Both the position numbers and the translations under genes were made by a program. A stretch of DNA of 64,000 nucleotides from Chrysomallon squamiferum (lineage: Eukaryota; Animalia; Mollusca). Shown one piece after another: positions 30,106-43,475 of this stretch. The stretch is taken from positions 26,908,001 through 26,972,000 of the forward strand of contig CM022677.1 in assembly GCA_012295275.1 (NCBI GenBank), written 5' to 3'. The notes under the pieces were generated by a model. The model saw only the letters and a program-made list of their open reading frames with translations, was not told the DNA's origin and made no database searches. The stretch's first letter is position 1; each line of letters opens with the position of its first letter.

Positions 30106-30274
30106 GTGTTATTGTTATGAGAGTGTGTTTGGGTGTGTCTGTAACGTACTTATGGCACTGTTTTATAAACATATAAAATACAAAACACGTACGAGCAGTG
30201 TCTTTAGAGCTGCGGTTAGGTATTTAGAGAGACAGATACGTCAGTTCTGGTAATATTTAGAGCGGCACTAAATG

Positions 30275-33141
30275 AGACGGATTGACAGTTCAGTGCAATC
30301 AGACGGGTTGACAGTTCAGTGCAATCAGACGGGTTGACAGTTCAGTGCAGTCAGACTGGTTGACAGTTCAGCGCAATCAGACGGGTTGACAGGTCAGCGA
30401 AATCAGACGGGTTGACAGAACAGTGCAATCAGACGGGTTGACAGGTCAGTGCAATCAGACGGGTTGACAGTTCAGTGCAATCAGACGGGTTGACAGTTCA
30501 GTGCAATCAGACGGGTTGACAGTTCAGTGCAATCAGACGTGTTGTTAGTTCAGTGCAATCAGACGGGTTGTTAGTTCAGTGCAATCAGACGGGTTGTTAG
30601 TTCAGTGCAATCAGACGTGTTGTTAGTTCAGTGCAATCAGACGGGTTGTTAGTTCAGTGCTATCAGACGGGCTGTTCAGACGGGTTGTTAGTCAGTTTGT
30701 TAGTTCAGTGCAATCAGACGGGTTGTTAGTTCAGTGCAATCAGACGGGTTGTTAGTTCAGTGCAATCAGACGGGTTGTTAGTTCAGTGCAATCAGACGGG
30801 TTGTTAGTTCAGTGCAATCAGACGGGTTGTTAGTTCAGTGCAATCAGACGGGTTGTTAGTTCAGTCAATCAGACGGGTTGTTAGTTCAGTGCAATCAGAC
30901 GGGTTGTTAGTTCAGTGCAATCAGACGGGTTGTTAGTTCAGTGCAATCAGACGGGTTGTTAGTTCAGTGCAATCAGACGGGTTGTTAGTTCAGTGCAATC
31001 AGACGGGTTGTTAGTTCAGTGCAATCAGACGGGTTGTTAGTTCAGTGCAATCAGACGGGCTTGTTAATCAGACGACGTTGTTAGTTCAGTGCAATCAGAC
31101 GGGTTGTTGTTCAGTGCAATCAGACGGGTTGTTAGTTCAGTGCAATCAGACGGGCTCACGGGTTGACAGTTCAGACGGGTTGCAATCAGACGGGTTGACA
31201 GTTCAGTGCAATCAGACGTGTTGTTAGTTCAGTGCAATCAGACGTGTTGTTAGTTCAGTGCAATCAGACGTGTTGTTAGTTCACTGCAATCAGACGTGTT
31301 GTTAGTTCAGTGCTATCAGACGGGCTGTTAGTTCAGTGCTATCAGACGGGCTGTTAGTTCAGTGCTAGACGGGTGTCAGACGGGGTTGTTAGTTCAGTGC
31401 AATCAGACGGGTTGTTCAGTTCAATCAGACGGGTTGTTAGTCAGACGGGTTGTTAGTTCAGTGCAATCAGACGGGTTGTTAGTTCAGTGCAATCAGACGG
31501 GTTGTTAGTTCAGTGCAATCAGACGGGTTGTTAGTTCAGTGCAATCAGACGGGTTGTTAGTTCAGTGCAATCAGACGGGTTGTTAGTTCAGTGCAATCAG
31601 ACGGGTTGTTAGTTCAGTGCAATCAGACGGGTTGTTAGTTCAGTGCTAAGTGTCAGACGGGTTGTTAGTTCAGTGCAATCAGACGGGTTGTTAGTTCAGA
31701 CGGGTTGTTAGTTCAGTGCAGACGGGTTGTTAGTTCAGTGCAATCAGACGGGTTGTTAGTTCAGTCAATCAGACAGACGGTTGTTAGTTCAGTGCAATCA
31801 GACGGGTTGTTAGTTCAGTGCAATCAGACGGGTTGTTAGTTCAGTGCTATCAGAATCAGACGGGCTGTTAGTTCAGTGCAATCAGACGGGTTGTTAGTTC
31901 AGTGCAATCAGACGGGCTGTTAGTTCAGTGCAATCAGACGGGTTGTTAGTTCAGTGCAATCAGACGGGTTGTTAGTTCAGTGCAATCAGACGGGTTGTTA
32001 GTTCAGTGCTAAGTGTCAGACGGGTCTGTTAGTTCAGTGCAATCAGACGGGTTGTTAGTTCAGTGCAGTCAGACGGGTTGTTAGTTCAGTGCTATCAGAC
32101 GGGTTGTTAGTTCAGTGCAATCAGACGGGTTGTTAGTTCAGTGCAATCAGACGGGTTGTTAGTTCAGTGCAATCAGACGGGCTGTTAGTTCAGTGCAATC
32201 AGACGGGTTGTTAGTTCAGTGCAAGGTGTCAGACGGGTTGTTAGTTCAGTGCTATCAGACGGGTTGTTAGTTCAGTGCTATCAGACGGGTTGTTAGTTCA
32301 GTGCAATCAACGTCAGACAGTGCTGTTAGTTCAGTGTTCAGTGCTATCAGACGTCAGACGGGTTGTTAGTTCAGTGCTATCAGACGGGCTGTTAGTTCAG
32401 TGCTAAGTGTCAGACGGGCTGTTAGTTCAGTGCAATCAGACGGGTTGTTAGTTCAGTGCTATCAGACGGGTTGTTAGTTCAGTGCAATCAGACGGGTTGT
32501 TAGTTCAGTGCTAAGTGTCAGACGGGTTGTTAGTTCAGTGCTAAGTGTCAGACGGGCTGTTAGTTCAGTGACGGGCTGTTAAGTGCTAAGTGTCAGACGG
32601 GTTGTTAGTTCAGTTCAGTGCAATCAGACGGGTTGTTAGTTCAGTGCAATCAGTTCGGTGTTGTTAGTTCAGTGCAATCAGACGGGTTGTTTCAGTTCAG
32701 TTCAGACGGGTTGTTAGTTCATCAGACGGGTTGTTAGTTCAGTGCAATCAGACGGGTTGTTGTTCAGACGGGTTGTTAGTTCAGTGCTATCAGACGGGTT
32801 GTTAGTTCAGTGCAATCAGACGTGTTGTTAGTTCAGTGCAATCAGACGGGTTGTTAGTTCAGTGCAATCAGACGTGTTGTTAGTTCAGTGCTAAGTGTCA
32901 GACGGGTTGTTAGTTCAGTGCTATCAGACGGGTTGTTAGTTCAGTGCAATCAGACGGGTTGTTAGTTCAGTGCAATCAGACGGGTTGTTAGTTCAGTGCA
33001 ATCAGACGGGTTGTTAGTTCAGTGCTATCAGACGGCAATCAGACGGGTTGTTAGTTCAGTGCAATCAGACGGGTTGTTAGTTCAGTGCAATCAGACGGGT
33101 TGTTAGTTCAGTGCAATCAGACGGGCTGTTAGTTCAGTGCA
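30275..33141. repeat. 26-bp satellite (~110 copies)
   Basis: Unit gttagttcagtgcaatcagacgggtt; the 5' copies carry the gttgacag variant. Confidence 0.96.
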
Positions 33142-33323
33142 TGTGTGTGTGTCCGTGTACGTGGGTGTGTATGTATGTGTGTAGGCAGGTGCAAAGTGGG
33201 ACACAGATCAATGCGACCGCGGAGTACTAACTGGAACAGGAAATAGCCGAAAGCAAGCAGCGAGGAGAATTAACATGTATCAGTTTACGTCGCAGAAGTA
33301 TTCGATATGTTTTATCAATCGAC

Positions 33324-33493
33324 GTAAAGAAATCAGCGAGGTAAAGAAATCAGCGAGGTAAAGAAATCAGCGAGGTAAAGAAATCAGCGAGGTAAAGAAA
33401 TCAGCGAGGTAAAGAAACCAGCGAGGTAAAGAAACCAGCGAGGTAAAGAAATCAGCGAGGTAAAGAAATCAGCGAGGTAAAGAAATCAGCGAG
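33324..33493 (+). repeat. 17-bp tandem repeat x10
   Basis: Unit gtaaagaaatcagcgag. Confidence 0.92.
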
Positions 33494-34056
33494 ACTTTGC
33501 AGGTGAATGAAATCAGAGACAGGCAGTGACGACAGCGATTGTTAACGTTGTGAACACAGACCACGTGATGATCTCACTGAGCACAGTCTCAGTGGCTAAC
33601 TGTTAGTTCAGTACAAACATTGGTCTAGCACGCCTTTCGTGGACAGCCTCTGATATCAGCTAGAACGTTATGACCAACAAACGATTCAGTTAGGGGTATA
33701 TGACGTCAAAATGAAAAAAAAGTACATTTTCAGAATCCTTTGAAACATAACTCTTGTGTATAATGATATATGTGTGTGTCTGTATTTGTGTCTGATTAAG
33801 TATGTGTGCGCGTTTGTGTATGATGTCAGTAAAGTTATATAAATCGAGTTAAGAATTATTTAAAAGATCATATAATAACTATTAGATGTATAAAACTTTT
33901 TATTTATTTTATTTTCCTAATAACCATTTGACGAAACTAGAGAGGCTTGCTGGTAGGAAATCTTACCTTGTCAGTTAGTAAATGTCTGCTACATTCACCT
34001 TTTTATCCAAGGCAGAGATTTGTAACCAGTCATAGTGAACTTGTAGAGACAGAGAG

Positions 34057-34092
<36 letters not shown>

Positions 34093-34565
34093 GTGTGTAT
34101 ATGTATGTGTATGTGTGTACGTTTATATGTATGTGTATGTGTGTACGTTTATATGTATGTATGTGTGTGAGAGTGTGTGTGTATGTGTGTGTATGTGTGT
34201 GTGTGAGAGTGTGTGTGTGTGTTTGAGTGTGTGTGTGTGTGTGTAAGTATGTGTGTGTGAGAGTGTGTTTGAGTGTGTGTGTGACGGAAGTGTAAGTATG
34301 TGTGTGTGAAACTGGAAAGAGAAAATACGCTATATTGTGTCAATAGGATTATATCGACTTACAGGTAACAAGATTATTTCTAATTCTACATTTACCATTC
34401 TAGAAATTCTGTGAGAGGGAATTTATCAAAACAGTCTTTGAGTGTAAATGTATAAACTGTTTTCTACATCCTTTTCTTTTTTAATTTATTTAGCTCTTGA
34501 CACTTTTTATTCATATGTTTAATGGTACTTAGGTTTCATTCACATAGACAATAGTGCAGTCTCTT

Positions 34566-34723
<158 letters not shown>

Positions 34724-35089
34724 TATCTCTCTGTGTGTTTATATATTGAAAAAAACCATATGTGTATATCTGTCAGGGTATTATGTTTTGTACGATGGAA
34801 ATGTCTGTGTATGCGTTCAGTAACCTAAACCTCTTATACACTGGGAAATATGTTTATAAAGATGACACAAAATCTTTATTGCTTAGTATCATTACTTTCT
34901 CCTTTTATTAGTTATGTATTTATATTTTTAAACTAATAATTAAAAATAAAATAACATAAAATAAAATAAAAAAAGGAAACAGAATACGATACAAAAAAAG
35001 ATAAAAGAACAAAACAAAACAAATTTGTCTTTCTGAAAATTTTACAAGGTCTGATCTATGATATGACGTCACGTCTTTAAGGACTGGAA

Positions 35090-35310
35090 TTACAGCCGCT
35101 CACAAACACAGTAACAAAAGTCAGTTTTGGATGTCGCAACCCACTTCATGTCTGGCCACGTCATGGCAATGCTGTCGCCTCTGGCTCTGGGTTCGCCGTC
35201 ATCCCAGTAGAAGTAGTTGAGCCTCGTTGAATTGTCATAAACCCACACGTCGTCAGACACCTTCTCAGCGCCAATCCAGAACATGTCAGCCAAATAGGAT
35301 GGATCAGCGT
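35090..35310 (-). CDS. CTL3 last exon: C-terminal half of C-type lectin-like domain
   Basis: atttcag acceptor at 35311-35312. Encodes (Y)ADPSYLADMFWIGAEKVSDDVWVYDNSTRLNYFYWDDGEPRARGDSIAMTWPDMKWVATSKTDFCYCVCERL*. Confidence 0.88.
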
Positions 35311-35605
35311 CTGAAATGATTAATATTCTGAAATGATTATTTTAAAGAAGAACTGTATTTGTCAGCTATGTTGGGGTAAAGACGATGATAATAATGCAAA
35401 TGATGATAACATCAGTAACAACAACAACAACAAATATAATAATAATTATAATTATAATGTTGATGATGATTATGGTGATGGTGGTGATGATGATAATGAT
35501 GATAATGATAATGATAAGGATACTAATGAGGACGTTCAATTAAAACATAAAATAGATCGAACACCTTTCGCTCATTTTGAACTTTGTACTGACCACCCAA
35601 AACTT

Positions 35606-35708
35606 CCCTCGTTCTGAAACCTACCCTCGTTCTGAAACGTACCCTCGTTCTGAAACATGTCCTCGTTCTGAAACCTACCCTCGTTCTGAAACCTACCCTC
35701 GTTTCTGA
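35606..35708. repeat. 18-bp tandem repeat x~6 in the CTL3 intron
   Basis: Unit ccctcgttctgaaaccta. Confidence 0.85.
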
Positions 35709-35726
35709 TTTACACTTAAAACTCAC

Positions 35727-35897
35727 AGTTGTGCATTTCCTCGGCTAGCGCAGACATCTCGTCCGCGTTTTCCACTCTCAGCACTCGAGACTTCGCCTTC
35801 GCACACGACGTCCTCGCATAGTCAAGCGGCATCACAGTATTAGTGACGATGATACACTTTCGTCTCAGCAGAAAGTAGTTCGGTAGCTGGCAGTTTT
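35727..35897 (-). CDS. CTL3 exon 3: N-terminal half of C-type lectin domain (not in ORF track)
   Basis: tttaag acceptor and gtgagt donor, 171 nt, phase 1-1. Encodes (E)NCQLPNYFLLRRKCIIVTNTVMPLDYARTSCAKAKSRVLRVENADEMSALAEEMHN. Confidence 0.85.
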
Positions 35898-36035
35898 CTT
35901 AAATAAATAAATAAATAATTAATAAATAAACAGATAAATGGAGGGAAATATATATATATTTAGAGAGAGAGACAGAGACAGAGGGACAGGGGGAGAGAGA
36001 GGGACAGGGGGAGAGAGAGGGAGAGGGGGAGAGAG

Positions 36036-36152
<117 letters not shown>

Positions 36153-37785
36153 TAAGTTTGAAATATAAAAAATTGTATTGATCTGCTTTATGATTACAAA
36201 TCTGGAAAGAAGTGGAAATGAGAAAAAGATAAAAGACCCGTTCGTTAGTAGAAACAAACAGGAGAGGTTTTACTTTTCTTTGTTTCCTTTTAATTATAAA
36301 TTAAACAAATTTCTTCCTAGAAATCTTGAGCGTGCTTTCATCCTTGAAGAATGATGCCCGAGTACATACAACTCCAGCAGTGTAATGGTTTGCTTGTGAT
36401 ACTCAAGTGTTTCGTGTATCACACTTTCGTTACAAACTAAACCACAGTGAAACTGTTTAATGTTTTTAGTTCAAAACTGTTATTCTTCTTCATTCATGAA
36501 ATTTCATTTTGTTTTTCAGATGTTAAAATAAAAATAAAAATAAAACACATAATAAATGAAAGATAAAAAAAGAGTAAATTTCAGATCCTTTAATACTTAT
36601 ATAGGTATCGTTATTATGCCACAGTATGACGTCACAGTATGACGTCACGGTATATTACTGGTATTAAACGTAAAATACGTTTATAAAGAGATTATTTAAT
36701 AACGTTGTAATTAGGTTATTTTCACTACGTTATATTCTGTTATTGTATTAACGTATCTGTGTGTTTGTATTAGCTGTGTGAGATTCTGGCCTGTGTTTAC
36801 AGATCAGTTTCCACGTGACACTGTCAAACAGTCGCAGTTTTCTTTTCATTCCTACATTTGTGACTCTGTGCATGGAGAAACTAGTGTAATATTCTTTAGT
36901 ATCATATCTTAACATCTTTATGTTATGCTGTTCATGTTTTAGTTTTCAATCTTTTCAGAGTAGCCATTTGCTTTTATATTAATTTTTTTCAGAATAAAGT
37001 TTTCAATATTTTCTATGATTATCGATATTCAACTAGGCACACTTTCCAGTAGAATCAGCTAAGGAAATCGCTATTGACATTTGAATAAAAATGTACCCTA
37101 TAAATCATAGCATGATTGCGAAAGAGTACATCTCGCTGTTACTTGCGTGTGTGTGTGTGTATGTGTGTGTATGTGAATGTATGTGTGTGAATGTGTGTGT
37201 GTATAAATGTGTGTTTATATGAATATATATATATATATGAATATATATATATATATATACATACATACATACAGTCTATGAGTTAGTCAACCAACTAACC
37301 AACTAACCAATCTATGTATGTATGTGTGTGTATGTCTGTCTGTCTGTCTATATAATCTATATTCTCTCTATCTGTGTATCCATCTATCTATGCATATATC
37401 TATCTATCTATCTATCTATTTGATCTATGTTCAATCTATGTATGTTTGTATGTATGTATGTATATATGTATGTAGGTGTATATGTATGTATATATGTATG
37501 TATGTCCGTACGTACGTACGTACGTATGTATGTATGTATGTATGTGTGTGTATGTATGTACATATGAATGTATGTATGTATGTATGTATGTATGTATGTA
37601 CGCATGAATGTGTATCTGTCTGTCTACCTATCTACATGTTATATTATAATAATAATAATAATATGGTTTGTTCTATGGTTCTGTGGGATTATAAATAAGT
37701 GTGATAATTTAATACTAAACGCAGGATCATATTAGATAATTAAACTGATTGTTTGTGCGTGTTGCAGTACGTCTGTCTGATGTGC

Positions 37786-38772
37786 AGTAATAACTCACTT
37801 GGAACACGGTAATAGTAATAACTCACCTGGAACAAGGTAATAGTAATAACTCACCTGGAACAAGGTAATAGTAATAACTCACCTGGAACAAGGTAATAGT
37901 AATCACTCACCTGGGACAAGGTAATAGTAATAACTCACCTGGGACAAGGTAATAGTAATCACTCACCTGGAACAAGGTAATAGTAATAACTCACCTGGAA
38001 CAAGGTAATAGTAATGACTCACCTGGAACAAGGTAATAGTAATAACTCACCTGGAACAAGGTAATAGTAATGACTCACCTGGAACAAGGTAATAGTAATG
38101 ACTCACTTGGGACAAGGTAATAGTAATGACTCACCTGGAACAAGGTAATAGTAATGACTCACCTGGAACAAGGTAATAGTAATAACTCACCTGGAACAAG
38201 GTAATAGTAATAAATCACCTGGAACAAGGTAATAGTAATCACTCACCTGGGACAAGGTAATAGTAATAACTCACCTGGAACAAGGTAATAGTAATGACTC
38301 ACTTGGGACAAGGTAATAGTAATCACTCACCTGGGACAAGGTAATAGTAATAACTCACCTGGAACAAGGTAATAGTAATGACTCACTTGGGACAAGGTAA
38401 TAGTAATCACTCACCTGGAACAAGGTAATAGTAATAACTCACTTGGAACAAGGTAATAGTAATAACTCACCTGGAACAAGGTAATAGTAATGACTCACCT
38501 GGGACAAGGTAATAGTAATAACTCACCTGGAACAAGGTAATAGTAATAACTCACCTGGAACAAGGTAATAGTAATGACTCACCTGGAACAAGGTAATAGT
38601 AATAACTCACCTGGGACAAGGTAATAGTAATAACCCACCTGGGACAAGGTAATAGTAATGACTCACCTGGAACAAGGTAATAGTAATAACTCACCTGGAA
38701 CAAGGTAATAGTAATAACTCACCTGGGACAAGGTAATAGTAATAACTCACCTGGAACAAGGTAATAGTAATC
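37786..38772 (-). repeat. 28-bp minisatellite (~35 copies); unit is the end of the CTL3 PAN exon plus its 5' splice site
   Basis: The unit on the minus strand is attactattaccttgttccag|gtgagt(t/c/g); the first copy is the coding end DYYYLVP. Confidence 0.96.
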
Positions 38773-38996
38773 ATACGTCTCCGCTGTCAACGACGTCGTG
38801 ACGTTCTGACTCCAGCGGTCGTGAAGATAACATCCTCGCGTGCTGTCGTTGTAGAAGAATGACGAACATATGGGGCTGTCGATGCATCTGTAAAAACACT
38901 GCAGTTTGTGGCTGACGTTGACGTTGATGTACGGTTGTCTCAGCGTCACTGCCCAAGCGTAGACTCTCGCTAGCCACTGAATGTACGACCCCATCT
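38751..38996 (-). CDS. CTL3 exon 2: PAN/apple-like domain
   Basis: ttttacag acceptor and gtgagt donor. 246 nt, identical in length to CTL2 exon 2. Encodes MGSYIQWL...KLQCFYRCIDSPICSSFFYNDSTRGCYLHDRW...YDYYYLVP. Confidence 0.9.
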
Positions 38997-39450
38997 CTGT
39001 AAAACAGCAACAACAACTACAACTACAACAACAACAATTACTACTACAACAACAACTATAACAACAACTACTACTACTACAACTATTACTACAACAACTA
39101 CAACAACAACAACTGCTACAACAACAAATACAACAACAATTACTACTACTACTACAACAACTACAACAACAACAACAACAACTACAACAACAACAGCAAT
39201 TACAACTAATACAACAAAAACAACAACAATAATAATAATAATAATTACAGTAGAATAGTATTATTATAGTATTAGTAATAGCAGTGATATTGAATTTTGA
39301 TTATTTTAGGCAATTCATTATTTAATATTTGTACACACACACGGATATGACGACATTAAATGCACAACTGATAAACTCAATTTAACGACGTTATCCAAGT
39401 AAATATATTACATTTTAATCTTATTTATGCTAACTAACCCAATTGACAAT

Positions 39451-39492
39451 TGTATGTATGTATGTATGTATGTATGTATGTATGTATGTATG

Positions 39493-39526
<34 letters not shown>

Positions 39527-39621
39527 TGTATGTATGTATGTATGTATGTATGTATGTATGTATGTATGTATGTATGTATGTATGTATGTATGTATGTATG
39601 TATGTATATATGTATGTATGC
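39451..39621. repeat. (ATGT)n microsatellite
   Basis: Direct inspection. Confidence 0.95.
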
Positions 39622-39793
39622 ATGGTAATAATGTCGACACAATTGTACTACATATATGGTAATAATGTCGACTCATACAATTATACTACATCAGATTTTA
39701 TAAATTATTCTACATTAGAATTGTTCTACATTATTATATTTAATAACACTTGTATAACATCTGATGCAGTCTTATAATAGTTTTGTCACCTAC

Positions 39794-39850
39794 CAGTAGC
39801 ACGAGGTTTTCCTGTCCTGGCAGTTTCTGCTCGCTTGTTCTGGTAGTTAC
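39794..39850 (-). other. Possible non-coding first exon of CTL3
   Basis: Donor-like ctg|gtaggt at 39793; the 5' boundary is unknown. Confidence 0.3.
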
Positions 39851-40161
39851 AAAGTTAATACGCAGACTTTATTGAACTGCAACTGTTTTCTTTTTCACAG
39901 TTATGAGTCGTGTATAAAAGTAAACAATTTGATAACTGAGACAGTCGCGGCAATCTGAACATCAGTAAACAGTCGATTTATTTCATCAGCAAAAACATGT
40001 TTCTTGTTTTAGAATAGGAAACACTACAAGTGAGTAATTTTATTTATAAAATAACCTGTTTTCTCAGCCAATGCATGATTATTGTTTTATTCTTTTATGA
40101 TTTAATTTCTGTTTATTTATTATTTATTTATTTATATTACGTCTGAATACTGTTTTGTTTC

Positions 40162-40239
<78 letters not shown>

Positions 40240-40603
40240 GTGTCTTGCTATCTCGTTCACTCCCTATCCTTGAACCACGCTGTGTTTGTTTCCCGGATTC
40301 ATTGAGATCAAAGCAGCTGGTGACAGTCACCTATAAACAAGAACACAAAAGAGAGAAGTTTGAAATACTAACTGTGACCTCAGTCATCACTTGAGGTTAT
40401 TCAACCGTAACGTCCACAAAGTATTACAAAATGAATAAATAAGCAGAAAATAAGTTCGTGTTACTAGAATACATTTAGTCTGTCTGTACTGACATGTAGC
40501 GATGCAGACACGTGTCTCTGTGTGTGTGCATATGTGTGTGTGCGTGTTTATGTATACCTGTGAGTACACTAGATACCAAAACAAATCAAAAATCTGATAA
40601 GTG

Positions 40604-40690
<87 letters not shown>

Positions 40691-41822
40691 GTCACATTGT
40701 TTCGTAAATGCGCCTCTGTTTCGATCGATCACTGTCTGTAACACATTGTCTACTCAACTGAAAAGCTCTGTTATATGAGGATGTACAGAAACGAAGTAGA
40801 TCTAAGTTCTGTCATTTTATATGTCAGTTTCAAAACTAAATACAGAAGTGAATGCTCTAACAAGACACACAAAGCTGTTTTTGTTGTTTTTGTTTCTTTG
40901 ATCAGAAATCACAGAATTTTTCTTCTTCCTCTTTGATTTTGTTTTTTACCTGTTAGGTTCTTTAATTTGACTGACTGATTTATTTACTAAAGGATTTCTT
41001 TCTTTCTTTCTATCCTAGTAGTATATATATTTTATTTATTTATTTATTTATTTATTTCCAAATTCTGGTAAAACCACGGGGATAGTTTGTATGAAACAAA
41101 ACTACATTCTCGTTTAACTGTCATCAGAAATAATACAGTTCAAAAATAGAATCATTAAAAGAAAATTACAAGTACATTTCGAAGTTGTTGTAGTTATAAA
41201 TATTACCAAAGCTAATATTCTTTTCAGTTTCATCATATTCAAATTACGGCAAAGATGTCTTAGTTACAGTCACTTAGCTATGACGTAGAGTAAGATTATT
41301 ATGACGTAACACTTGATGCAAAATGAAGTTACTGTAAATGTTTATTATCTGAACTACGATTATGGCCAGTTAAATCCTTATGATGAAGAATACACATATC
41401 ACTTTTACGCTGCAGTTATTATGACGAAATATTGAAGGATAATGATGTTTTTGGTTAAATAGTGATGATATAAAAGTGAAGTGATTGGCTTACGGTTAAA
41501 CACCTATGACGTAGGACATACGTATCACAATACAGATGATTATGACGTAATAATTCCGATTCCTGGCGAGTTTACGGTTAAGTTGTAGTAATATAGAACT
41601 GGACTAGTGAATTATGTGGTCTAGCGGACAGCGTATCGCTACAACAACGACCCCACGTGTTTTACGCTTTTTCCAGCGCTGCTCAGTGTAACGTAGTTGT
41701 CGTAATTCAGGTTTCGTTTCACGTCTACGACTCACAGAGATTAAAAGTTGCTGATAATCGACACTGAGTTCTACGTCGAGTGGCATCATCGGGTTTTCTC
41801 TGTATCTGTATCGATTTATCGA

Positions 41823-42349
41823 TTTTAACATGTGCATGAGGTCGTATAGCCCTGGTACATAAATAAATGTCGTTAAAATAAATCATTTCTTTGTTTGTTA
41901 CTTGACAGTAATAAACAGGAGAATATGACGTTATTCAGTATCGTCTTCCAGAGAACAACTAAAAACTAAATAAAAGAGTTTTATTTTACTCTGTAAAGCT
42001 GTCTTTTCTTTTGTGTATATATATAAATCTATCTATCTGTCTATCTATATACATATATATATATATATATATATACATATATATATAGAACTATAATATA
42101 TATATATATACAGAACTTAACACTATTAATTGTTGTTGACGTGAACAAAAGAAAAGACAGCTTTACAGAGTAAAATAAAACTCTTTTCTATTTTCCTTTT
42201 ATTTAGTTTTCATTTGTTCTCTGGAAGATGATCCTGAATAACGTCATATTCTCCTGTTTATTACTGTCAAGTAACAAACAAAGAAATGATTTATTTTAAC
42301 GACATTTATTTATGTACCAGGGCTATACGACCTCATGCACATGTTAAAA
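41823..42349. repeat. Long inverted repeat (~190-205 bp arms, ~130-bp TA-rich spacer)
   Basis: 41823-42014 (ttttaacatgtgcatgagg...cttttcttttgt) is the near-exact reverse complement of 42145-42349. Confidence 0.9.
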
Positions 42350-42577
42350 CAACAACAACAACAACTACAACAACAACAACAGCAATTACAACTAATACAA
42401 CAAAAACAACAATAATAATAATAATAATAATTACAGTAGAATAGTATTATTATAGTATTAGTAATAGCAGTGATATTGAATTTTGATTATTTTAGGCAAT
42501 TCATTATTTAATATTTGTACACACACACGGATATGACGACATTAAATGCACAACTGATAAACTCAATTTAACGACGT
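42350..42577 (+). repeat. Direct copy (~230 bp) of CTL3 intron sequence at ~39165-39391
   Basis: Identical text ...ttacagtagaatagtattattatagtattag...gataaactcaatttaacgacgt occurs at both sites. Confidence 0.9.
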
Positions 42578-42585
42578 ATATATCC

Positions 42586-42628
<43 letters not shown>

Positions 42629-43475
42629 ACTTAACACTATTAATTGTTGTTGACGTGAACAAAAGAAAAGACAGCTTTACAGAGTAAAATAAAACTCTTT
42701 TCTATTTTCCTTTTATTTAGTTTGTATTTGTTCTCTGGAAGATGATCCTGAATAACGTCATATTCTCCTGTTTATTACTGTCAAGTTACAAACAAAGAAA
42801 TGATTTTAACGACATTTATTTATATAGCTTAGATTTTTAGAGATAAGGATTTAAATAGAGTATATATACACAGAACTTAACACTGTTAATTGTTGTTGAT
42901 GTGAACAAAAGAAAACTTTTCTATTTTCCTTTTATTTAGTTTTTGTTTGATCTGTGGAAGACGATACTGATATATATATATATATATATATATAAACATA
43001 TGCACCTATTGTTCTCTCTATATATATTTTATGTATAATATTGTATAATAATTTGAAAAAAGATTATGTACATATAATTGTTTCTTAAGACTCACACAAA
43101 TGATAGAAATAATAATAAATCTATTTATTATTATCTATTAAAATCATCAAAACCATTGAAAGGAAGAGGAAATATTAGAAAAAAAGAAAAAATTATCTCA
43201 AATAATTAAATTTTAATGACTTAACCATCTACATTTATATGTTCAAATGTTCAGTATGTCTAAAGAAATATCTCTCTCAAATAACGAAAGAGTAAGACGA
43301 AATAAAAAGACCTCTGTCTAAGAAAATATTTGATATATTTATTCGTAATAAAAGTATAAATAAAAGAAAAATCTACCAGTCTAACGACATTTCTCAAATA
43401 GTTAAAACAACCTATGGAGAGAAATGTGTGCGTAATTGTACACGTCTATAAACACAGTGAAAATCTCAGATCTGT

